Assembly (NCBI GenBank): GCA_965223295.1
Contig: CBDCWC010000002.1
Location: 896,001-960,000 of the forward strand
Reading direction: 5' to 3'
Length of the DNA: 64,000 nucleotides
DNA from: Nitrospirales bacterium
Lineage (GTDB): Bacteria > Nitrospirota > Nitrospiria > Nitrospirales > UBA8639
Of the stretch, positions 1 through 10,419 are shown piece by piece. The position numbers and the translations under genes were made by a program. Under the pieces are notes generated by a model that was given only the letters and a program-made list of their open reading frames with translations, was not told the DNA's origin and ran no database searches. Within the stretch, counting starts at the first letter, position 1. The number at the start of each line of letters is the position of its first letter.

Positions 1-364
1 ATACTCTATACTAGTAGGCAAAACGGCCAAAGATAATGAACATCTGACTTTCAAAACGGGAAAGCCTGATGACCTTTGGTTACATGCACGAGGTACACCA
101 GGCTCTCATACTATTATCCAGCTTAAAAAATCCGAGAATGTTCCTCATGAAACGCTCAAAGACGCCGCAACCTTAGCCCTCTGGTTTAGTGACTTGCGGA
201 AAAGCGGCAAAGGAGAAGTCATATATACATTGCGAAAGTTTGTCAAAAAGGCCAAAGGCCAAAAGCCTGGCGCCGTCCAAGTTGCTCGCGAAAAATCTCT
301 ATGGATTGCAATTCAGAAAGACCGGTTAGAACGCTTAAAAGGCAGCGCAAGCCCCGCAAGCTAG
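1..364 (+). CDS. NFACT RNA-binding (DUF814/RqcH C-terminal-like) domain protein, 5'-partial
   Basis: Not in the ORF track. Frame 2 is open from the window edge: YSILVGKTAKDNEHLTFKTGKPDDLWLHARGTPGSH...KKAKGQKPGAV, stop TAG at 362-364. The GK..N..LT, D.W.H..G.PGSH and K.PG.V motifs match NFACT-R. Confidence 0.85.
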   Translation, partial: YSILVGKTAKDNEHLTFKTGKPDDLWLHARGTPGSHTIIQLKKSENVPHETLKDAATLALWFSDLRKSGKGEVIYTLRKFVKKAKGQKPGAVQVAREKSLWIAIQKDRLERLKGSASPAS

Positions 365-627
365 ACCTGAGCAGATGACCGGATCCAGTCCTCTCACCGA
401 TCCAGACGTTCTCAAGTCACAAGTACATTTGCATTGACGCATCCCCTCCACGGATTTCTTGGACAACAACCTTATTATCAGAAAATCTCTTACTTTAATT
501 TCAGATATATCCTGACCGACAAGAATAATGTGGTTTCTAGGAGGCAAGGCCCGAGGTCTATCAACGACAGCAATCCCTCGGCTATTGTCTTTATCAATCG
601 ATACGTTACACTAGGCCCTCAGCATCG

Positions 628-3531
628 ATGACAGGTATACATCAAACTATTTCACTCATGTGTTGTATTCCATATCTGCTTCGCTCAAGGAAAGGACTCC
701 TAGACACCCTCACGTTCTGTAGCCTGCTTCTTATTTTCCCAATTTCTGCCTGGTCAGCCACATCTTCCAATCCGACAATCATTGTGACAACGGAACAGGA
801 TACCTTTGATGGAGATACGCATTCCCCTGATAGTCTGAAACAATTTCCAGGCCGCGATGAAGCCATTTCTTTACGAGAAGCCATAGAAACGGCCAATCAA
901 AGTCCCGAACAGGTCACGATCATGTTTCAATCTACCAACAAGACTATGACGTTGACGGTTCATTCTCCTCTACCGTCCATCCGTGAGTCCCTCATTATTG
1001 ACGGAACCACTCCCCAGGCACCTCGCGTCATACTACAAGGCGCAAGAAACGCGTCAACCTCAAAAGTTGACGGACTCGTTCTGGAAAGTAACCAATCAAT
1101 CATACGTGGGCTGACTATTACGAATTTTTCAGGGAATGGGATTGTCATTCGAGGCAATGGCAATCATCTTGAAAGTAATTATATTGGAACGGATTCATTG
1201 AGAACACCCGATAGCGGAAACGGCCTTACCGGCGTAGTTATCACGGGACATTCCAACCGGATTGGTGGATCGTCAGGCCGAACTCGCAATGTTATTTCTG
1301 GAAATATGGGTCATGGAATTGCTATTCAAAGAGGAGGGAAGAATCAAATCATTGGCAATCTCATCGGATTGCATCCGACAAATGATTTGGCACTTCCTAA
1401 TGCCAAAGACGGGATACGCATTGCGGGCTCGCATAATATCGTCGGTGGCCCCACGCCTGTAGATGCTAATGTTATTTCGGGGAACGGGAAAAATGGCATT
1501 CATCTTATGGCTTCCGCTCACCATACCCGCATTCAAGGAAATGTTATCGGGATCCATTCATCGCTCCAACATCTTTTGCCAAACCAAGAAGATGGGATTT
1601 TTGTGAAATCTCAGGATAATCTCATCGGGGGAACTCAAACCGGAGCCGGCAATATCATCGGCGGGAATTTACAAAGTGGCATTGAGATTCACCAGGGGCA
1701 TAACAATGGGATTTACGGGAATTTCATCGGTACGGATAGGGATGGGCGATTGCAGTGGGGCAATCAATTGGAAGGCATTGCTATTTATGCGAACAACACC
1801 CAAGTCGGAGGAAAAGAAACTCGCACCTCTAACCTTATTGCTTTCAATAAACGCGGAGGAGTGGCCATTCCCTTTGGTCAAGGGAATACCATTCAAGGTA
1901 ATGCCATCTATCAGAACGAAGGCTTAGCTATTAATTTACAACAGGATCACCTAACTCCAAATGATTCTCTCGATCAGGATCAAGGACCAAATGGACTACA
2001 GAATTTTCCCGTCTTATCAATTGCCACAGCCCGTTCTGCCAATGATTTATTCGTAGTTGGAACATTTAATAGCCAGCCGACCCAAACATATCAATTAGAC
2101 TTTTATGCCGGAAAACCTGACGGTCCTCTTCGCTATCAAGAAGCTTTTGCCTATTTAGGATCCGAAACAGTCTCGACCAATGAAGAGGGAGAAACTCGCT
2201 TTTCCTTTCATCTCCCCAAAAGCCCATCGCTTGGCCGATACGTCACAGCAACCGCCACTAGTAGTATGGGCAACACTTCTGAATTAGCTCGTAGCATTCT
2301 CGTGGATCAACCCAACCCACAAATCCTATGGAAAGAAAAAAACGCCTCGGCTAAGGGTCCGGCCATTTTTCAGACCTCTTATTCAGAGGGTATGACTCCC
2401 GTTGGAGTAATGCCAGCAACCATACGAATCAGAGATGTGGATAGTGCACAGCTGGCACAACTCACTGTTACTCTCAGCAATCCACTTGATGGAGAGATGG
2501 AAGTGATCACGGCAAACCTCTCTCAACCCCTTTCACAATCTTATGTTCATGGAACGTTGACCATTACAGGCAAAGCCCCGTTGGCAAGGTATGAAGAAGC
2601 CCTGCACTCACTCACCTACCAAAACGTTTCCGCTGCCCCCACCGCTGCGCCTCGTCTTCTCACTGTTGTGGCATCAGATGGTGAATTTATGAGCCAACCC
2701 TTTACCACTCGAGTCACGATTAGAGGAGTTAATACCCCGCCCTTGCTCTCCGTCAGCACGGTATCACCTGAGACTCCTCTCACATTTACAGAGGGAGGTG
2801 AATCATTGGCCTTGGTCTCACCACAGAGCCATATTCAAGATCTCGACAGCTCAACCTTCACTAAACTCAAAGCCACTCTGAGCAACCCCCTAGACATTGA
2901 CCAGGAAATCCTCAGTGCCCAATTAACCGATTCGGGATTAACACAACGTTATAACCAAGGGACGCTCACCGTCACGGGAACAGCCTCCAAAACAACCTAT
3001 GAGTCTGTCCTTCATTCGTTGACCTATCTCAACCAACAAACTCATCCGCAGGAAGGCAGTCGGGAGATCTTACTGAGTATTCAGGATAGCCAGGGCAGCT
3101 TCAGCTCACCCCAAACAGTCACGGTTACGGTTAAAGCCAAACCTCCTGTTCTTTCAACTTTTGCTCAACCTTTTGTTGCCTCGCTTGATTCCGTAGCAGA
3201 AAATGTAAAGGCCGAAGCCCAACAACAACAAGATGCGAAGCAATTGGTTGTAAAAACCGTCACTGGCTCCGGTCTCGTGGTGACCGCTGGCCTTTTTATT
3301 TGGATTTTGCGCGGCACATCCCTCTTGGCGAGTATGTGGGCAACCATTCCCGCTTGGAACAGCATTGACCCTCTGCCGATTTTAGGAATGAGTCAGGAAG
3401 AGCGATGGAAAGAACTCATCGACACACAGCATGTGGAAGACCAAGAACAACAAGAATTTCCTCAAATTCAAAAAATATTTTCTGATCAACAAACATCGCA
3501 TCCATTGCCTGAGAAGGACCCGCCACTTTGA
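628..3531 (+). CDS. Large exported beta-helix (right-handed parallel) surface protein with SLREA motif, two cadherin/Ig-like repeats and a C-terminal membrane anchor
   Basis: Signal-like segment ending AWS-A. SLREAI motif. Repeated GN.IG...N.ISGN...GI units. Two repeats of D.DS..L...L.NPLD...E.....GTLT.TG.A....YE..L.SLTY.N. C-terminal hydrophobic GLVVTAGLFIWILRGTSLLASMWATIPAWNSIDPLPIL. Confidence 0.75.
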   Translation: MTGIHQTISLMCCIPYLLRSRKGLLDTLTFCSLLLIFPISAWSATSSNPTIIVTTEQDTFDGDTHSPDSLKQFPGRDEAISLREAIETANQSPEQVTIMFQSTNKTMTLTVHSPLPSIRESLIIDGTTPQAPRVILQGARNASTSKVDGLVLESNQSIIRGLTITNFSGNGIVIRGNGNHLESNYIGTDSLRTPDSGNGLTGVVITGHSNRIGGSSGRTRNVISGNMGHGIAIQRGGKNQIIGNLIGLHPTNDLALPNAKDGIRIAGSHNIVGGPTPVDANVISGNGKNGIHLMASAHHTRIQGNVIGIHSSLQHLLPNQEDGIFVKSQDNLIGGTQTGAGNIIGGNLQSGIEIHQGHNNGIYGNFIGTDRDGRLQWGNQLEGIAIYANNTQVGGKETRTSNLIAFNKRGGVAIPFGQGNTIQGNAIYQNEGLAINLQQDHLTPNDSLDQDQGPNGLQNFPVLSIATARSANDLFVVGTFNSQPTQTYQLDFYAGKPDGPLRYQEAFAYLGSETVSTNEEGETRFSFHLPKSPSLGRYVTATATSSMGNTSELARSILVDQPNPQILWKEKNASAKGPAIFQTSYSEGMTPVGVMPATIRIRDVDSAQLAQLTVTLSNPLDGEMEVITANLSQPLSQSYVHGTLTITGKAPLARYEEALHSLTYQNVSAAPTAAPRLLTVVASDGEFMSQPFTTRVTIRGVNTPPLLSVSTVSPETPLTFTEGGESLALVSPQSHIQDLDSSTFTKLKATLSNPLDIDQEILSAQLTDSGLTQRYNQGTLTVTGTASKTTYESVLHSLTYLNQQTHPQEGSREILLSIQDSQGSFSSPQTVTVTVKAKPPVLSTFAQPFVASLDSVAENVKAEAQQQQDAKQLVVKTVTGSGLVVTAGLFIWILRGTSLLASMWATIPAWNSIDPLPILGMSQEERWKELIDTQHVEDQEQQEFPQIQKIFSDQQTSHPLPEKDPPL

Positions 3532-5090
3532 TGAAACGCTGGAAGACTCTCGCACTGATCAGTCTTGGCTTAACAACCTTAACCATTAGCTTTTTGTTGG
3601 TTGGAACTTGGATCTGGAATATGTTTCCTCAAGAATCCCAACAAACCTTCACTTATCGCAAAATGTTAGTGGAAAACATGGCCGCACAATATTCAAAGTT
3701 AGCTGAGAAAGACGATCTTGTGACAATACAGGCGGCTATTGATTTTCTCCTTGCACGAAATTCTGATATCCGATCAATTGCCTTGGTCGATCAAGAACAC
3801 ACTTCCTTAGCCACCGCAGGATCACACCAGCAATATTGGACAAAAGATGCTAACAGTCATTCGACACTGACCCATATGGAAGTTGAAATTTATGACGGTT
3901 CCGAACCGTGGGGAAGGCTCCAGGTTGCTTTCCAACCAATGGCTCAACATCAAGGATGGTGGGCAACAATAAGCCACGATCCGCTCTATCGCCTATTGGC
4001 ATACATCACAATTGTGGGCTTTCCAGGGTTTTACTTTTTCATAGGACGTGTGTTGCGACAATTAGATCCTTCAAGTATTGTCCCTAAACGCGTCAAAACT
4101 GTCCTTGACACTTTGGTAGAGGGTGTCGTTCTCTTAGATCCAAAAGGAACTGTAGCACTCGCCAATGCTGCATTCACATCAATTACAAATACGAATCTTA
4201 ACAATCTTTTGGGGAAATCCTTGGATCATTTACCCTGGAAAGATCCTATTAAACACCAAGAGCCTCTAACCTCCCTGCCCTGGCAAGAAGTAGAACGTAC
4301 CAATCAAAGCAATACCGGCACTCCCGTTGCCTATGACTCGTCAGAGAAAGAGACAAAAGAATTTATTGTCAATAGCACGCCGATTCTTGATGAACAAGGC
4401 CACCTGCGAGGCATTCTTGTCTCACTCAGTGATGTGACGGAACTATCACGCGCTAACCAGCATTTATTTTCCACACTTGAAGAATTACATATTTCTCAAG
4501 CGAACATTGAACATCAAAACGAAAAGCTCCAATGGCTAGCTACTCGAGACCCCTTAACCAGTGCAATGAACCGCCATGCATTCTTTGAGCTACTTGAGAG
4601 TACTTTGAAAGACGCCCAAAAAAAGGAGAGCGCGGTAGGCTGCCTAATGCTAGATATGGACGATTTTAAAAAAATTAATGATCACCATGGACATGCCGCA
4701 GGAGACCGTGTTCTCAAAATGCTTGCAGAGTCCGTGGCAAGCTTAATTCGACCGCAAGACTTTTTCGGACGATACGGCGGAGAAGAGTTTTGTGTCATTC
4801 TTCCAGGAATGAGCGAAGCTGAAACTGTCCAAATGGGGGAAGTTATTCGCCGGCATATTGAAGAACATGGATCACAGAGTCTCCGCGCAACATCTGCTCT
4901 TTCGATTACCACGAGTATTGGAGCAAGATCGTTCATTCCAGATGATCCAAGCTCTACCCTGCTTATCGAACAAGCCGACGAAGCGTTATATACCGCAAAA
5001 CACAACGGAAAAAATCAAGTGTACTGTTATTCCAATCTCCCAACTCATCCCCGCTCGACTAGAAAGAAACTAGCAAAAACCAAACGATAG
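3531..5090 (+). CDS. Membrane PAS-GGDEF diguanylate cyclase
   Basis: Two TM segments, a PAS domain, TRDPLT, GRYGGEEF active site, RPQD I-site, ADEALY.AK..GKN. The ATG at 3531 overlaps the upstream TGA (TGATG). Confidence 0.9.
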   Translation: MKRWKTLALISLGLTTLTISFLLVGTWIWNMFPQESQQTFTYRKMLVENMAAQYSKLAEKDDLVTIQAAIDFLLARNSDIRSIALVDQEHTSLATAGSHQQYWTKDANSHSTLTHMEVEIYDGSEPWGRLQVAFQPMAQHQGWWATISHDPLYRLLAYITIVGFPGFYFFIGRVLRQLDPSSIVPKRVKTVLDTLVEGVVLLDPKGTVALANAAFTSITNTNLNNLLGKSLDHLPWKDPIKHQEPLTSLPWQEVERTNQSNTGTPVAYDSSEKETKEFIVNSTPILDEQGHLRGILVSLSDVTELSRANQHLFSTLEELHISQANIEHQNEKLQWLATRDPLTSAMNRHAFFELLESTLKDAQKKESAVGCLMLDMDDFKKINDHHGHAAGDRVLKMLAESVASLIRPQDFFGRYGGEEFCVILPGMSEAETVQMGEVIRRHIEEHGSQSLRATSALSITTSIGARSFIPDDPSSTLLIEQADEALYTAKHNGKNQVYCYSNLPTHPRSTRKKLAKTKR

Positions 5091-5342
5091 TTCACTAAGA
5101 TCTCTTCAAAAACCTCATCGTTCAACTCATTGAATTATGAATGATTGGCACTCGTTTTCTGACGATAACGGCTCTTTATGAGAGATGAATTCTTTAATCG
5201 TGAGTACAGTCTATGTCTCCCTCATCCGTGGCACCCCTCAATAGGACATATTCAAGATTTTTTTATCGGATTGAAATGATTTCCCCTATTTTTCTCTTTC
5301 ATTTTTAGGCACGAGGAGTTCTCATCAACATCTCGACTCACC

Positions 5343-5756
5343 CTAACCTCTTGCTAAAATTTCTCGTATGACCAGCCGATTGGCTTCGGGGAATTTATAC
5401 AAGGCTAATTCATGAATATCGACCCAGGCTACTTCTATACAGCCAATGGCTTTGGGGGATCCTTCAATTAGAACACAGGTAAAAAAGTTCAATTCCACTT
5501 CCTTCTCTGGATATAGATGACGCAAGGTTTGAAAATGATGAACCCTCGACACCTCAATATCAATTTCCTCTTTCAGTTCCCTGTGTAAACATTCCTCTAA
5601 TGTTTCACCAGCTTCTTGCTTCCCACCAGGGAATTCCCAGAGACCTCCCTGATGGGCATCAAGTTTTCTCCTTGCCAACAAAATCTTGTTACTCCAAAAG
5701 ACAATGGCGGCAGCTACAACCACAGAGGGTAATGCTTGAGAACTACGATGATTCAT
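5343..5756 (-). CDS. mutT: MutT/NudG-like NUDIX pyrophosphohydrolase
   Basis: LWEFPGGKQEAGETLEECLHRELKEEIDI is an intact Nudix box. The likely start is the ATG at 5756 (MNHRSS), not the longer ORF start at 5837. Confidence 0.85.
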   Translation of the reverse strand: MNHRSSQALPSVVVAAAIVFWSNKILLARRKLDAHQGGLWEFPGGKQEAGETLEECLHRELKEEIDIEVSRVHHFQTLRHLYPEKEVELNFFTCVLIEGSPKAIGCIEVAWVDIHELALYKFPEANRLVIREILARG

Positions 5757-6462
5757 CAGCAGACACGGAATGACAAATATCACGCATAGGGCAAAGCAGA
5801 CAAAACGGCTTTCTGGCCGTACATACCATCGCTCCAAAGTCCATCAATGCTTGATTGAAATCATAGCCTTTCCCCTTAGGAATCAATTTTTCGGAAAGTA
5901 TCCATAACATGGACTTTTGCTTCTTGGGATCACCTGTTCCTATGAATATGCGATGTAAAACTCGCATCACATTGGTATCCAAAATAGGCGCATCTTTCTG
6001 AAATGCAAAAGACTGGATCGCTCCAGCCGTATATTTCCCTATCCCTTTCATTGATAACAATTCTTCTTCTTGACTCGGAATATTGCCGCCGTAGCGCTCC
6101 ATCGCCTCACAGGCGATTCCATGAAGACGATAAGGCCGAATATTGTAACCTAGGGGATACCAAGTTTTTCGCACTTCTTCCGGCTGTGCTTGAGCTAAGT
6201 CCTGCACCGTCGGATATTTTTCCAAGAATTCATGAAACTTTGGAATCACACGATCAACCTGTGTCTGCTGCAGCATAATTTCAGAAACCAAAACCTTATA
6301 GGGGTTTTCGGTTCTCCGCCACGGAAGATCCCGCCCATGTTCCCCATACCATTTCAGTAACTGCTTTTGAAACTTGCGTTTTTTGGCCAGCGGAACATTC
6401 TGAATCTCAGACGAAGCGACCTTTGACCTTACCCTTTTTGGTATTTTTCGAGGAGTCGGCAT
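5743..6462 (-). CDS. mutY: A/G-specific adenine glycosylase (MutY catalytic HhH-GPD/Fe-S domain only)
   Basis: RDLPWR, VSEIMLQQTQV, GIGKYTAGAI, LDTNV, FNQALMDFGAMVC...P.C..CP....C. At 239 aa it lacks the C-terminal MutT-like domain. Confidence 0.88.
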   Translation of the reverse strand: MPTPRKIPKRVRSKVASSEIQNVPLAKKRKFQKQLLKWYGEHGRDLPWRRTENPYKVLVSEIMLQQTQVDRVIPKFHEFLEKYPTVQDLAQAQPEEVRKTWYPLGYNIRPYRLHGIACEAMERYGGNIPSQEEELLSMKGIGKYTAGAIQSFAFQKDAPILDTNVMRVLHRIFIGTGDPKKQKSMLWILSEKLIPKGKGYDFNQALMDFGAMVCTARKPFCLLCPMRDICHSVSADESS

Positions 6463-6588
6463 TAGAAAAAACGTCTAATTCAGAACCTTAGATATGGATA
6501 AGCAGAAATCGCATTCCCCATAGTTGATCAACCATCATGCCCTTCTCTTCAGTTTGCAAATAAAGGTTACTCAAAAATCATATTCTAC

Positions 6589-6617
6589 TGGACAGTCGAG
6601 GCTTTTTCAGTTACCAT
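6589..6617 (+). promoter_or_regulatory. Candidate sigma70 promoter for the methyltransferase gene
   Basis: TGGACA-17 bp-TACCAT. Confidence 0.35.
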
Positions 6618-6971
6618 TCGACTTCTTATTCTGCTTTATTTTTCTCATTTATTCTTCCCCTTATCTCTGGGTTACAGCCCCTCGAGTCTTTTTATCATAA
6701 AAAATTTAAGGAAGTATGCCGTATTGCGGGTCGCGTTTGTCATTTTTTAGAAACGATAACCCATAATTTCCGGGGCCTTTGTCCTATCGTATGGACGAAA
6801 TCCGGCTTTCTTCTCCTGACTTCATTCTTTCCTACAATCGGGGGTGGCGCATTGCCAACCTCACGAACTTCATTTCTCTGACAACCTGCAATTTTCGCTG
6901 TTTTTTGGGCCTAGTCTCTTGGCTTGTGTTTTTTCTTATTCACTATCACTCAACCACTTTGGAGGTGTCTT

Positions 6972-7922
6972 ATGTCTAGCCAAACTGCTGCTCTTTCTCC
7001 ATCCATCCCGCACAACACCACACAAATCCAAACTCTCGTGCACACAACCGCCAGTTTCATTCGCTCTCTGGTACAAAAAGGCGGACCGGAGCATACAGAC
7101 TATCCTCTCTTACAAACAGCATTACAACAATTTTCTGACCCCTCGCTCCAAGAATTCCTTTCTCCTGAGGATGTTGGGACTCTTCACAATTCCTTCGGCG
7201 CAGCCCTTTCGCCACAAACTATTCAGGGCTGGGCTTTTCAAAAGCCTTTGGGATATGCCGGCGATTTTAAAATAATTGAAAAGATTTACAACTTTGAAAA
7301 ATCGTCGGTCCCCCATCTCCGGAAATGGGACGAGTATTTTCATGCGCAAAAAGCTCCCCAAGCCGTGAGAAATCGGCTATCCTTTTTTCTGGACAAACTC
7401 TATGAAACCAAAACACAAAATCCCTCAGCCACACAGGTATTAAATGTGGCTTCCGGGCCTGGACGCGATATGTTCGAAGCGTTAAGAGTCATCGGAAGTT
7501 CAGACTTAAGAATTGACTGCGTTGATCAGGATAATCATGCAATCGAATTTGCCAAAACGCTCTGCCAAGACTTCCTGCACATGATCAACTTTACCCATAA
7601 AAATATTTTCCAATTTCACACCCAAAACACATATCATTTGATTTGGTCGGCTGGGTTATTCGATTATTTTAACGATAACCTGTTCAAGAGAACCATTCGT
7701 AAACTCTCCAAATTTCTGAAGCCAAACGGAAGAATGGTGATCGGAAATTTCTCGCCAGAGAATCCCACACGAGGGTATATGGAACTCTGTAATTGGAAGC
7801 TTATTCATCGTAGCAAAGAACATTTACGACAACTCGCGAAAGAATGTGGATTTCAAGATCACCAAATTAGCGTGGAACAAGAAGCCGAAGGGATCAACCT
7901 ATTTCTTATACTTTCAAACTAA
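6972..7922 (+). CDS. Class I SAM-dependent methyltransferase, PhcB-like
   Basis: GGAGG RBS before the ATG at 6972. Motifs KPLGYAGDF, AVRNR, VLNVASGPGRD, SAGLFDYF, LKPNG...IGNF, W.LIHRS. Confidence 0.75.
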   Translation: MSSQTAALSPSIPHNTTQIQTLVHTTASFIRSLVQKGGPEHTDYPLLQTALQQFSDPSLQEFLSPEDVGTLHNSFGAALSPQTIQGWAFQKPLGYAGDFKIIEKIYNFEKSSVPHLRKWDEYFHAQKAPQAVRNRLSFFLDKLYETKTQNPSATQVLNVASGPGRDMFEALRVIGSSDLRIDCVDQDNHAIEFAKTLCQDFLHMINFTHKNIFQFHTQNTYHLIWSAGLFDYFNDNLFKRTIRKLSKFLKPNGRMVIGNFSPENPTRGYMELCNWKLIHRSKEHLRQLAKECGFQDHQISVEQEAEGINLFLILSN

Positions 7923-8079
7923 GAGAGTTATTGATTCCATACTATAGCCTTAGCATCGAGGGGAAATTTTATGCACTGAGAAAATTCACATAAAAAGATT
8001 CAAAAATCATCAAAGGACGAATAAAAGGGCAGTCGGTCTTTCAGTAGCGATGACATGCACATTGAAAATGCGCCTACTT

Positions 8080-10383
8080 TCATAAAACTGATGTTTGTAG
8101 GACAGACTCCAGCACACTACTGAGATCCACAAGATTGAAAGGCTTTGCGACTCTTCCTTTAAACCCATAAGCTTGGTAGTTAGCCAAAACCGGGTCATTT
8201 GAATAGCCACTGACTACAATGGCCCGGACCTGAGGATCGATAGCGAGTAACCGCCCAATCACTTCTTTGCCTCCGAGGCCTCCAGGTATCGTCAAGTCTA
8301 AAATGACGAGTGAAAAGGGATCTCCAGCTTGTTGGGCCTGACGAAAAAGCTGTATCGCTTCTTCTCCATTTTTTGCAGTTTGATAATGATATCCGCAGGT
8401 TTCAACCATTTCTCCAAGAACTTTCCGGATTTGGCTCTCATCATCCATGATAAGAATCTTGCCCCGCCCAAACTTGACATGAGATTCAAAAGGCTGCTCA
8501 ACAACTTTTTCGGGAGAAATAGCAGGCAATAGAAATGAGAACGTACTACCCTTTCCGACTTCAGATTCAGCCGACAAGATGCCGCCATGACTTTTTATGA
8601 TGGAATAGGAAGTGGCTAGTCCCAAGCCAGATCCCGTTGGCTTCGTCGTAAAATATGGATCGAAAATCTTGGACAGGTTTTCTTTTGATATCCCTATTCC
8701 TTGATCAAGAACTGCTATTCGTACCCATCGATTAGCCGAGCCCTCAAAGGCCGGTTCGAAGCGAAGAAGATCCGATTCATCTTTAGCAATATTATGAGCT
8801 TGAATGATACATTCGCCCCCATCTTCCATGGCCTGACGCGCATTAATGACCAAATTATGAACAACCTGCGAAATTTGTCCAATATCAATATCGACTAACC
8901 ACAAGTCTTGAGAAATTTGAAAGACCGGTTTAACCCTTGAGCCTGCTAACACCAGGCGGACATTTTCCTCCAAGACGCTTACGAGAGACACGGTTTTTTT
9001 CACCGGAACTCCACCTTTGGAGAAGGTCAAGAGTTGCTTAGCCAAGTCTTGTGCACGTAGAGAGGCAAGCTCGGCTTCATGTATTTTGGAGAATAAGGGA
9101 TGAGAACTATCCAGACCAAATTTTGCTAAGGAGAGTTGCCCAACAATCGCCGTCAGCAAATTATTAAAGTCATGGGCAAGCCCCCCAGCTAAGAGTCCAA
9201 GTGATTCAAGTTTTGCAGCACGCACACGATCTTCTTCCCATTTTTTTCTTTCTGTGACATCCTGAGCAAGACCAACAATTCGAGTGAGCTCACCTGACGG
9301 CTTCTTTAATGGAAAGGTTTGATTATGAATCCAGCGGGTTTCTTGATTGTTGGTAACAATTCGATATTCGATATCTAACTTTTTCCGGTCAATTCGCCGT
9401 AAAAAAAGATTTTCGACTCTTGTTCGATCTTGAGGTGCCACGACGGTGAGCCAATCAAAAGGATTGTTGAGTAACTTTTCTGCATCTCCCCCCCAAAGCC
9501 GCTCGTAGGCTGGACTCACATAGACAATGCGCTGCAGATTGACATCCCATACCCAAAAAACACTATCGATCGCCTCGGCTAATTGGGAAAACTTTTCATC
9601 ACTTTCTCTATACGCGATCTCAGCCGTTCGCACTTCGGTGACATCACGCCAAATAGTCAAAACCGTCATCACATTCTTTCGAATATCCAGTTCTGGAGAA
9701 AAACGCACTTCAAAGGTTCTTACTCCAAGAGACGTTGGGTGAGAAACTTCAATTGATTCCGGCTGTCCAGACTCAAACACCGATTGAGTTTTTTCTTCAC
9801 AAAGATCAGCAACGTGTGGAGAAAGACCAAGTTCACATAACCGCTTTCCCAAATACCGCTCTGGAGGAATGAGGGTTGAATTCTCCCACCAACGATTGAA
9901 ATACAATATGCGTTTTTTACGATCCAAGCGGCCAACGATATCTGGGAGATTATGCGTTAGGGAAGAAAGTTCCTGATCCCAACGCCGCAATTCCTCTTGC
10001 ACGCCTTGATAGTTGGGAATCTCCAAAATGACACCCTGACACATATTACACTGTCCCTGTTCGTCATGTGAAAAGACACAATGTTCTTGTACCCACGTCA
10101 CACGATTCTCTTGCCGTAAAATTCTGTATTCCACAGAGACGGAGACAGGCAGAGTCGCTTGCTTGGTCCATGCGCGAAGAACTTTCTTGCGATCTTCAGG
10201 ATGTATTTGAGTGAAAAAAGCTCGAGGGTCAATCAGCAAATCGTTTTGGGTCAGCCCCAAAAGAACTGGTACATGTGGTGTAACTACTTGAAAGTTTCGT
10301 TCGACTCCTTTTTGAATACACTGAAAAAATCCGGCTGGAATATGCTCAAACAATGAATGAAGCGCGTGCATTGAAACATCCAT
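8080..10383 (-). CDS. Soluble hybrid histidine kinase (3x PAS/PAC-HisKA-HATPase-REC)
   Basis: IHPEDR and VAPQDR PAS motifs. H-box AHDFNNLL, NLVINARQAM, DQGIGI, FDPYFTTKPTGSGLGL. Receiver ILIMDDE...ILDLTIP...KPF. Start is uncertain (10383 or 10398). Confidence 0.92.
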   Translation of the reverse strand: MDVSMHALHSLFEHIPAGFFQCIQKGVERNFQVVTPHVPVLLGLTQNDLLIDPRAFFTQIHPEDRKKVLRAWTKQATLPVSVSVEYRILRQENRVTWVQEHCVFSHDEQGQCNMCQGVILEIPNYQGVQEELRRWDQELSSLTHNLPDIVGRLDRKKRILYFNRWWENSTLIPPERYLGKRLCELGLSPHVADLCEEKTQSVFESGQPESIEVSHPTSLGVRTFEVRFSPELDIRKNVMTVLTIWRDVTEVRTAEIAYRESDEKFSQLAEAIDSVFWVWDVNLQRIVYVSPAYERLWGGDAEKLLNNPFDWLTVVAPQDRTRVENLFLRRIDRKKLDIEYRIVTNNQETRWIHNQTFPLKKPSGELTRIVGLAQDVTERKKWEEDRVRAAKLESLGLLAGGLAHDFNNLLTAIVGQLSLAKFGLDSSHPLFSKIHEAELASLRAQDLAKQLLTFSKGGVPVKKTVSLVSVLEENVRLVLAGSRVKPVFQISQDLWLVDIDIGQISQVVHNLVINARQAMEDGGECIIQAHNIAKDESDLLRFEPAFEGSANRWVRIAVLDQGIGISKENLSKIFDPYFTTKPTGSGLGLATSYSIIKSHGGILSAESEVGKGSTFSFLLPAISPEKVVEQPFESHVKFGRGKILIMDDESQIRKVLGEMVETCGYHYQTAKNGEEAIQLFRQAQQAGDPFSLVILDLTIPGGLGGKEVIGRLLAIDPQVRAIVVSGYSNDPVLANYQAYGFKGRVAKPFNLVDLSSVLESVLQTSVL

Positions 10384-10419
10384 AGGTAGCCACCACAACT
10401 TCCGACATACTCAAACTAA

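Noticed and set aside
5146-5160. sigma54-like TGGCAC-N5-TTCT
   Set aside because: The -12 GC is missing and it lies between convergent genes with nothing to transcribe.
5336-5352. Second CCCTCACCC-type REP copy (CTCACCCTAACCTCT)
   Set aside because: Short partial match overlapping the mutT stop, with no palindromic partner.
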